This document shows positions 53,620 through 64,000 of a stretch of DNA of 64,000 bases, piece after piece. The position numbers and the translations under genes are program-made. The DNA is from Octopus vulgaris (taxonomy: Eukaryota): assembly GCA_951406725.2 (NCBI GenBank), contig OX597820.1, forward strand, positions 124,930,001-124,994,000, written 5' to 3'. Position 1 is the first letter of the stretch; every line of letters begins with the position of its first letter. The notes beneath the pieces are model-generated. The model worked only from the letters and a program-made list of their open reading frames with translations. It was not told the DNA's origin and searched no databases.

Positions 53620-55419
53620 TCTATATCTCTCAAAGGGAGATATTCAGTAACAGCTCTTTATAGTAAAGACTAATTGGCAACATAATATATATTATATATA
53701 TATGCATAACATGTTTCATCTTACCTCTTGAAAGAACAGTAAATAAATGTACAAACTAGATGTAGATGTTCTAGGACCAAGGCTTCTAACTTCCCAAATT
53801 ACGTTTCTTAACGTAAATTTTATTAGTTCTCTTCGGCTAGATTCACCAAGACAACATTTCAAATGTCGGTACCTCAATGCCAGACCGGGAAAACTGAAGA
53901 ATTTTACCAAAAAAAAAATGGTGCAATACAGTAATATTGCTTCCCGAAAAAACAAACTACCATCAGGTTAAAGTATCATTATAGGATAATGATACAAAAA
54001 TGCACCAATATTTACCGGAGGTATTAGTCGATAATATACGACACTATAGTGAAGCTTCACTTTATATATATAGTGGCAAAGATGTTTGCGGGCGACGGAC
54101 ATAAAAAAAATTCCTTCATACCTCTAGGAAAAACCTATAGTAGAATGATTATATAGATATATCGGTCAAGCAATCACTCAATCAATAAATCAATCATCAT
54201 ATCTATCTATTTTATTCCTCACATAATATCATTTACTGTTTATGAACATTGGGTAAATCCGGCCTCCATCTTTATGATGGAGATATAAATATTTTTATAT
54301 GCTTCCACTTCTTGTTGCATATAATTCTGTGAACTACATCTGCCAATAATTTCAAGTAATTTCCAGTGTCCAGAAACAGCTACCAGACGTGTAACGTTAT
54401 ACTTTCTCCTACTTAATTTTCTGCCTCGTTGTACTTTGTGTAACTTTGCTCTCGTAATGTATAAATATTTACTTACTTATACATGAATTTTTATGGTCTG
54501 AAAATTTCCAGTCTTTGCTTTTCCTTATTTGTATGTATATATACATATATGTATACATATACGTATATATATATGGGGGGGGAGAATATCTAACCAAAGC
54601 AGATTTCTTTCTTTATTTGCATAATTATTTCTCGCATTTCCTCTCTCTCCCCTATGTGTCTCACCCTCTTACTCCCTATCTACCCCTCTCTCCCTCTCTG
54701 TCTCTTTGTCTCTCTCTCTTTCCTTCTCTACCTGTCTGTTTTTTATCTATCCTCTGTCAGTCTGTCTTTATTGAAATATATATATGACCAAGAAAGAGAC
54801 AACCGATTTCAAATGTCAGGGTTCATATTTACTCAATATATTTCAAAGCGTCGAAATACTATACAGAATACATAGGTGCATCTATGTACACAAGATATAA
54901 TATAAATGTTTATAAATATATAAAAATTCATAAATGTACTTGCGAGGTTGTATTTCCGTATTAAAATCAATGAGAGTATTAAAATATGCGGATGGTGAAT
55001 GTATAGCGGTAATCCAAATAGATGAGAAATTTGGTATAAAATGATTTTAAAAGGTATCTTGAACAGGTGCAAAGTCTGACGGCCGTTTCGCGAAGATATA
55101 GGGTGGTATGGGCGAGTTAATTCCAGCCATAACAATCATCTATATTTCAATTATCAGATTTAATCTAAATTATTTATAAAAGAGATATTTAACACTTAAT
55201 GCTATACGCAACACGAGAAATTTAAGAACTTTTAGAAAACGAATTCTAAATATACTCTTCAAGTTGATGATATAAGAGCTAAATTTACATGTTTATATAA
55301 ATCATTGACCTACAGATAATAGTGTTTTAAGATGAATCCAAATACGTAAATGGTGACTAGGTTAAAATTATATAAACTAAATATTTTTGGAAAAAATTTA
55401 AAAGTTGATATATATGCAT

Positions 55420-56450
55420 GTCTACAAGTAATAATCACATCCTAGATCTTGTTAAGTAAAGTGTTTTTCTCAGCACGGAGATTATAGATCGCTTCTTTTG
55501 GGCATAATGTGCAGTCTCTTTTGTGTGTATCGTATAGTGTGGTTTCCGTTTGCATTTTTAATTTATTCGTGTGGGTAGCTAATGCAGTTGAATCTCTTGT
55601 TTTTGAAAGATAAATGAATTGTGTGTTCCCTATATCTAACTTCAAAAGCAGTCGTACTTCCTATGTAGATTTTTTATGTGATTCACTAAACGTTGAAACC
55701 TTAACTTTATATATGGCATTTCTCCTTAAAAAGAATCCCATTAAGGGACAAAATTCCCTGTTACGGCGATTACAAGTTTTATTTCTATGCTTTGACATTA
55801 TATCTTTAAAATCAGGATTTTTGCTTTTATTCTTTATATTAAGGTCAGCTATTTTGTCATCTTAAACAATACTGTTATTATTAAGTTTAAATTTATTGTT
55901 AGCCGCAATTATAACTTCTAGACTGGGTGTGGTTGAGTATGATTATTTAAGGTAGGATCTATTAAAGACGGAATGATATTTCTGGCCTAAAGAGAACTTT
56001 CTGCCAATAACCATAAAAAATAATTTAGGAAGGTGTCTTATAGATATCATTATTGTAATTAAATGACATATAGTATATTTTATTATGGTGTTAGTTCTTA
56101 TGCTCGGAGGTGTTGTTCATGGAAGGTGTGTCGATGTTTAATTTCGCAATATTTGGAAACCGTTTACCTAACTTATCTTTAAAATCTTTAAATATTGTAT
56201 TCGTAATATATCTTCCTATTGAATCCACTGTCCCTGAATTAAATGTAGATAATGGCTTATTTTAATTTTACCAAAAGCTTAATAAAATCATTAAGTTTAT
56301 CCACGCCTTATCAAATCATCTCCAGGTGTTATTAATGGGGTAGTAAAAAGGTGTGTCGATAAGAATCTCTAACTTATCTGCAAGCGAAGATATTTTTTAT
56401 AAATTTGCATCCTTTTATAATACAGCATTGAAAGACATTGGATTCCGTTT
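55420..56450 (-). mobile_element. Old Penelope-like fragment (GIY-YIG C-terminal region; upstream extent uncertain)
   Basis: ORF 55442-55645 has DSTALATH...CTLCPKEAIY...TLLNK, matching the PLE pattern STxLS...CxLCxxEK...LLNK. Confidence 0.55.
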
Positions 56451-56767
56451 AAGGAGAAAAGTCAGAGATAAAGTTGAGGCTTAAGCCCTTAGTGAATCAA
56501 AAAAATATTTACATAGGAAGTACGACTAACTTTGAGACTAGATTTCCGTAAGATGGGCTACGATTGGTCTAGGACTGTCTCACGGTGTCGTGGTTTGATG
56601 TTGTTATTTATGTTGTCATTGATGTAGTTTTATCAACGCACGGTACAACGTGACCTCTACGAATCGAAGGCTAACTTATGATAATAACAATCAGTTTCTG
56701 TCATTTAAATTTTAAATGACTGACACTCAAAGATACCAACGAATTTGAACCAAACTGTTTTGATCCA

Positions 56768-56856
<89 letters not shown>

Positions 56857-58651
56857 TTTATCTTTTCCTTGTTTTAGTCATTACATTACTGTCATTGTAT
56901 TTCACCGAATAGTCGAATGAATAATTCGATGTCATTATATACAGGAACATGAACACACCAACGGTAGTTGTGAAGCGCTGGTGGTGGACAAATACACTTA
57001 CTTTATCTTCCTTACCATCTTATAATTCATGTTTTTCTGCTGTTGCAGGAGTCAAGAGGCTATATGAAAAAAAGTCAGTTTAGTATCATGGAAAAGTTTT
57101 TTCGATTCTTTAAAACTAACATATATGTTTATCTATCTATCTATCTATCTATATCTATCTATCTATCTATCTAAGGATAAGTATGTTTGTGTGTACGTGT
57201 TTTTGTGTGTGTCCATCATATATATATATATATCACATATATACATTTATGTCCATATATCACATGCGTACGTGTGTGTCATATATATATATATATAATG
57301 TACATGAATCTATAGACACATTGACATTGACAGACATGTTCTTGTATATTTCGTATGTGTACACATGTGTGTGTCTGTGTGTGTTTCAGTCTTTGCGGGT
57401 GAATTTGTGTATGTTGTGTGCTTATCAGTGTATGCGTAAGTGTATATAAAGGCATGGTCTTACTTAGTTATTTTTATATGCTCTTTTTACATGTCTATAT
57501 ATTTTCCATATTCTATACGGTGAGTGCAGGAGTTTTTAGTAGATTAGTTATTTCGAAATATCATTGAATTCTTGATTTATGACGCCATATTTTTGCAATT
57601 CGCTTTTAAGGAAATGAATTACAATTTGATGTCTTCTTCCCGTAGGAAACCAGAATATATTTCATATTTCTAATGGAGTGCAGCAATTTATGGAAATAAT
57701 CACACATCAATGCATATTATTATTTGCCAGTGTTTGGAAAATATTTAATTTATTGTTGAGGCTAATATTTTAATTTTCTCTCTCGAGAAAAATCGTATCG
57801 ATATAGATAGTGGAATTAGAATTTGTTTAATGATTATATAAGAAGTACAACATTCGCAAGTCCTAAGGATAGGTGAAACTCATATCATAAACGCAACGTA
57901 AAATTAAGACCTAAGGCAATAATTATATTTTATTCATAGGTGTTAATATATCACATCAGTGCGTATAATCGATTTGACTACGTTTCAAGGAGATATAAAG
58001 TTCAATATGATTATACTATAATTTTAAAGGAAATTTATGAAGCTATACGGACTTCATTGTCGATACTACTTAATGAACATCAGATATTCCTATGAAAATT
58101 AAGTATATAAATGCGACAGTAAAATTCATGCACCACACACATTCTTTCCTTCCCAACCCTTGACTGTGTCGTGTTGGAGCATTCGTTGATAACATCACCA
58201 CGTATTTTATCACCTGCCTCAGCCCTCTGGATTTCCGCTTTTTGAGGTTAAACAAGGAGTCAACCGATCGTGTATGGGTTATGATCAGGTTATTATCATC
58301 ATGTATGTATCATGCGCAGTGTAGGCACATCCGTATGCCTGTTTTTGAGATAGGCTTCGGTGCTGAACCATTGGCCATTCATGTGAGCACGTTCCTGAGA
58401 CTTAGCAGGTGATCCACTGGGAAGACTTACCAGTGTCTTTCATCTAGTAATGCAAATTAACACCTCATTTGGTTTGGCACACGAGTGGAAGGATGGAACC
58501 GTGTTGTGATGCAAGGGGCCATCAAGTCGGAGTTGAATGAGGATCATTGATGCTTCTCCACCTGACAATCCCTGGCGATCTGCAGCTGTAAGACACCAAC
58601 ATTGCTACCTCCATTCAAGACCACCAACATACATATACATAGTATATATTC

Positions 58652-58685
<34 letters not shown>

Positions 58686-58686
58686 A

Positions 58687-58718
<32 letters not shown>

Positions 58719-59319
58719 ATATGTGTGTGTGTGCGTGTGTTTTAAAGAAAGGTTATCATGGATGTATTAAAATACCGTGATACAATCTTCGACAATAATA
58801 AGTAAATGTGAAGAGGTCTTTTTGTTTAAACAGTTTACATAAAAGTGTTCAAAATTGGTAGCAAATTAAATTCATAATTATCTGTAAGTTCACCAAAAAT
58901 CAAGCTTGTATAGAAGCATATATATAGAAAGAATTTGTAAACAGTATTTGATAGGAGAAATCTTATATTGCTTAGTCAAAACTCTATCAGAAATCATATT
59001 TAAGTATTTTAGGGGAATGACCAACGTTATTTCTTCATTTCCAGTCTTGTATATGAGTTTGACAAGGATGCTTGCTATTTTTAGAAATAGTGTGGAAGTT
59101 TGGTTGGTGGGCAGAAAGCATACAATTAGTTTGTGGAATCAAAAATGTTTTTTTTTTGTTTCTGGGCCCGTTTGCCATGGTTCAGTGTTTTTTGGAGTGG
59201 TCTTAGGGTCCAACACCGTCAAAAAATGTAGTCGCTTTATTTTCTTATAAATGTTCTCGAAAACTCCTCACAGCCTTGGCTTTGTTATGTCATTCGGTCT
59301 GAATACAAAGCCGGCCAAA

Positions 59320-59645
59320 CCCTCAATGTTAAATCTAATATCACCAACAACACAGAAAATCTAATCTACGTAATCAAATGCAATGTTGCCAACATAATTA
59401 CATGTCAGGCGGGCAGATCGCTACGCAACACAATGGCGACCCATCGGCCAAATAAACGAGACAATTCCTTTCAGCAGTCACATTGCAACCTATGCAGAAA
59501 TGGAATTACTCAATTTCAAAATATTTCCCCACTACAAGTGGCTCAGATTCTTTCAACCTACAACAAAGACAATTTATTAATGAGTACAATCTATGATCGA
59601 ATATACATCCAACAGCTCCAACCAACAAATAAAAAGAAACACTAA
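59320..59645 (+). mobile_element. Penelope-like GIY-YIG endonuclease fragment
   Basis: TENLIYVIKCN...QAGRSLRNTMATHR...YIQQLQP (cf. NLIYxIxC...YIGQTGRxLRxRxxxHR...IxxxxP). Confidence 0.75.
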
Positions 59646-59707
59646 CAAAAATATTATATATACCTACAATAAAATAATTCACATCAATTTTAAAATGCTT
59701 TTTTCAG

Positions 59708-59748
<41 letters not shown>

Positions 59749-59959
59749 GCATGCCCATTATAGACCCAAGTGTTTAACTAGTCTGTCCATATCACTTAGC
59801 GTTACCTAACACTCTTAGGGTCTTCTAGATAACAATACCTCGCTATATGTATATATGTATTATGTATGTATTATATGTGTGTGTGTTTGTGAGTGTGTGT
59901 GCATGTATATGTGCATGTGTGTGATATAAGTATATCTACATATTTATGTGTGTATGTAA

Positions 59960-60371
59960 CTTTTATCTTTCACCTGTTTCAGTAATTAGACACTGGCCAT
60001 GGTGGAGCACCGCCTCGACGAACATTTTTTGTCGAATGAATCGATGCCAGTATTTCTCTTTTTAAGTCTTGTACGATCGGTCTCTTTTTAATAAACCGCC
60101 ATGGAACAAGGACAAAAACAAACCTATAACTCTTGTCAAGTGGACAGCGGAAACAAACACAGACGCAAAGACACACAGATACACACTTACACACACACGT
60201 ACTTATAAATATAAATATATTGATATAAAATACCTACATACATACACACACATATACAGCGTAAGCTCGAAACGTAAGATACTTTCTCACGTTGCCTAGG
60301 GTCAAACATAACACTCACGCTTCTTGTTTAGACAACTTTCTTCTTCTTTTGTTTTTTTGTAAATTTCAACA

Positions 60372-60416
<45 letters not shown>

Positions 60417-60575
60417 ATGGGCTTCTTTCGGTTTCCGCCACCAACTACAGCCACAAAGCCTTCGTCGGCCCAACGCTACTGTAGGAGATATGTGCCGATA
60501 GCGTCACGCACCGGTACTAAATACGGAACTCTGTGTTTGGGAAGAAAACTTCTCAGCACTCAGCCACGTCTGCAT
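59960..60575 (-). mobile_element. CORE-like SINE pieces (3' half 59960-60180, 5' half 60417-60575) separated by microsatellite and a PLE-type module
   Basis: Homology to 6320-6530 and 7985-8157. Confidence 0.65.
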
Positions 60576-61050
60576 GTATACGAGTATATATTTACTAGGT
60601 AGCGTTGTACACACACACACAGAAAAGAAATTATATGAATGTGTACCAGCGTGACCCCAGCCATGTGTTGAAACCCGTGAAAAATAGAAGATGAAAGCTA
60701 TATGAGTGCGCCTTTCTGAGTGTATGGGCCTGTATATGTGTGTGTGTCTGTGAGCGTTTATGTGAGTGGGCGTGTGTGTGCTCACACAGATGTAATTTAG
60801 TAAATCACACTGATAAGAAATGCAATATTGTAAATGAAATAGAGAATTCTACTGTATAATGCGTCGAGGAAATACGCAAATCTTTTAAAAAATCAATATT
60901 TCTTAATATTACTTCGTATGTAAACTTTTCGAAATAATTTAAAGTGAAAAATAACCTAGAATATGTAAACTATTGACACATACAAATCATGACAGCACTC
61001 ACACACACACACATGTGTGCATACGCACACACACACACCAGTATGGTCAT

Positions 61051-61082
<32 letters not shown>

Positions 61083-61305
61083 TACATACAAACACAAGCG
61101 AGCTCATCACGCAAACATATACAATCATTCGTACAGATCATATAAACGGAAGTTTTTGTTACTAAGAGGTAGTTCAGATGAATATAAATTGTTATGAATT
61201 GCTCGAATAGTAATGGAATCCTTAGTTTAAATATACGTTTAAATAATGACTGTAAAGTATGCTAAATTCGGTATTCGCTTTTAAATTCTCATGAGTGAAT
61301 GGATG

Positions 61306-61400
<95 letters not shown>

Positions 61401-61440
61401 TTGTGTGTATAATATAAATATGCATATAAATATATATCTA

Positions 61441-61510
61441 TACTTTGATACTTTGATAGGTTTCCGCCATTATTGGCCCAGGCCATGTCTAACTTAATAG
61501 CACCACCTGG
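61441..61510 (-). mobile_element. Isolated 3' tail of the 5S-linked element
   Basis: Minus strand: ccaggtggtgctattaagttagacatggcctgggccaataatggcggaaacc(tatcaaag)x2. Confidence 0.88.
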
Positions 61511-61705
61511 TGAAGTCTTTCAAGTCAGAATTAGAAAGTTATTGTTTACAGAGACATATGTATATATATATATATATACCTAGATACATTCTCAAGTATG
61601 TATGAACATATACATGTAGTATGTATGTATGTTTATGTATGTATGTATATATATATTTTTTTCTAGTTTCAGCTCAGAGCTGCGGCCATATATAAATATA
61701 CATAC

Positions 61706-61784
<79 letters not shown>

Positions 61785-61791
<7 letters not shown>

Positions 61792-61839
61792 CCCAATTTC
61801 TGAGTTAATTCATTTAGAATTTTCTCGTCATCAGCGATA
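61785..61839 (-). ncRNA. Decayed hammerhead-like motif
   Basis: UAUCG CUGAUGA CGAG...CUCA GAAA UUGGG AC CGAUA. Stem I is perfect but the NUH site is mutated. Confidence 0.5.
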
Positions 61840-62194
61840 AATACGATAAGAAAATAAATGGGATACTTACTTGAACCCATAGAAGAAGTAAACACTAAGT
61901 CTTGAACACATTAAATACCCCAAATATATCCAAAATAGGAATTCCACAGCATACCTCGAGACAGGTGTGATCGGACTGAAAACTCTCATAGAGTGAGAGA
62001 ATCTGGAAGTGAATAGTATTAAATTTACATCTAATACAGGATAAAATTTTCGAAGAAATTCTATCAATGATAAAACTTTTTCGAAAATGTTATCCTATAT
62101 ATGTATGTATATATATGTAAATATATATAATTATTTTCAGAATGAGATAAAAAATAGAAGAGTGTGAAGATTTTAGAACATTTATAACTAGAAT

Positions 62195-62242
62195 GTTTTA
62201 CAGGTGTTTCCAGGATATTTATTATATACCTTCATCGGAGAC
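62195..62242 (-). ncRNA. Decayed or variant hammerhead motif
   Basis: GUCU CCGAUGA AGGUAUAU aauaa AUAUCCUG GAAA CACCUG UA AAAC. Confidence 0.55.
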
Positions 62243-62406
62243 GGTGTGAGAAAATGGTTACATGCTGATATATGACCTACATCGGACCCCTTATTCACAC
62301 AATCACCGATCCTGTGGCTTAACTATGATCCATCTATAGCACTTACTCAGCATCGCCTGACACATTTGGGGCTTACTGGCACCATTATCTCTTATGACCT
62401 ATATAC

Positions 62407-62483
<77 letters not shown>

Positions 62484-62752
62484 CATATACATACATATTT
62501 CATATTCCATATGGGTGGGGGTGTATATGTATCGAGAATATGAAAAATTAGGAGGATGGACAAGCAATATATACACAGTTGAACGGCCTAAGAAAATCAC
62601 AGTTATATACTCTATATTCATAATAAATTCATATGTATGAATTTACTTGTGACTAACTTTTTACGTGTTTTGCCAGTCAATAGATTTCAAAACGCTCTAT
62701 TATGACCAACTTATTTACACTGCGATTAAAAAAAAAAAACAAGGAAAAGCAC

Positions 62753-62885
62753 GAAGAAGGAGAAGAAGAAGAAGAAGAAGAAGAAGGAGAAGAAGAAGAA
62801 GAAGAAGAAGAAGAAGAAGAAGAAGAAGAAGAAGAAGAAGAAGAAGAAGAAGAAGAAGAAGAAGAAGAAGAAGAAGAAGAAGAAG
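62753..62885 (+). repeat. (GAA)n tract of ~44 units
   Basis: Directly visible; two GGA interruptions. Confidence 0.97.
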
Positions 62886-62954
62886 GAAACGATACGAAAA
62901 CCTACCACGGACTAAAAAGAACATCGCTCAACTTTATTTTATTATTTATAATAA

Positions 62955-63282
62955 TTGTTTCAAATTTTTGCTTAAGGCTAAGCAATTTCGGGACGGAAAG
63001 TCGATTATATCGAAATATGTAAGTAAAGGCCAAAACAAAATGACCAATTACTCTGGGCAAATAAGAAATGAATACAAAAATACTCTTTTATGGCATTTAT
63101 TCGATTACTTTTGAATTATCTTTTTTTATTCGTTTTTGCATACACTGGAACTTACTTAATCGATTGCCAAAGGATAACAAGTAGAGTCGCCTTCGGCAAA
63201 TTTGAACGCAGATTATAAAGACTGATGAAATGTCGCTAAGCTTTTAACCTGGGTCTGTTAACGATTCTGCCAGCTCACCGCC
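62955..63282 (-). mobile_element. Diverged tRNA-SINE (33.9 kb family) interrupted by a ~125 bp insert
   Basis: gtttcaaatttttg...aagtcgattatatcga [insert] ctggaacttacttaatcga...tttgaacgcaga...ttctgccagctcaccgcc. Confidence 0.75.
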
Positions 63283-64000
63283 TTCTTTAGTATTACATAT
63301 ATATATGCATACATACAAACGACTATCCCTCTATCTGTCTGTCTGTCTGTCTGTCTGTCTATTTATCTATCTATCACTTTATGTGTATATATATATATAT
63401 ATATGTACAAATACTCACGCACACGCATACACACATACTCACACACATGTATATAAATAGGAATTGTTGTCAAACAACTGTATTTGTTTGACAACTGTAT
63501 TTACTGTTTTAATGAATAAAGAATAAATCTGAAAATCTTTTCGTTCTTTATATACTACCTATCAGCTTCTGAAGTATTTTTATATACGATAATCCTCTTG
63601 ACTAGCATGTCCCAACTTACATTTTTAGGAGAAAATTTCAAAATCTAAACGTGTGATTGGATCTGAAATCGAATACTATAAGCTTCTCTAATTTTAAAAT
63701 ACCGACTTATTCCGTTTTTGACGATGTCACCATATAATAAAATGGTGAAAGTGTAGCATAGTATTTATTCTGTTGTTCTACCACATATAATAAACAATGA
63801 AAGAAGTCAAGAAGTTTGTTATACATTATATGTCAATCCACGATATTAGCACATGGATAGAAATAATTGGATACCAAAATATACTAAATTAAATATCAAC
63901 GAAAATTCTGTGTAAAAATGATTAGATAATTCGATATCATCGAATAAATGCCGTAAAATTGTATTTTTGTATTGATTTCTTCTTTGCCCAGTGTAATTGT

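Noticed and set aside
62665-63114. Poly-R (protamine-like) and poly-E ORFs
   Set aside because: Artefacts of the (GAA)n tract running into a SINE.

Overview
AT-rich eukaryotic non-coding DNA, intronic or intergenic, full of (TA)n, (CA)n, (GA)n, (AAT)n and (TCTA)n microsatellites. The repeat repertoire looks like an octopus (coleoid cephalopod) genome, which is an inference. I found no intact host gene; nearly all long ORFs in the track are microsatellite artefacts. The window is mostly decayed mobile elements: Helitron PIF1-helicase fragments, Tc1 and mariner transposase remnants, Tx1-, RTE- and R4/Dong-clade LINE pieces, several Penelope-like (PLE) fragments and at least three tRNA-SINE families. 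The most interesting layer is structured RNA. (1) There is a dispersed set of minimal type I hammerhead ribozymes with palindromic stem III, three with an intact core, in short non-coding PLE-type modules often arranged as inverted repeats. (2) There is a candidate 5S-rRNA-derived SINE. (3) A ~385 bp TSD-flanked non-autonomous RTE derivative keeps a highly structured 5' RNA domain. (4) Several elements appear to target (AAT)n or other SINEs. All coordinates were read by eye and may be off by a few bases.
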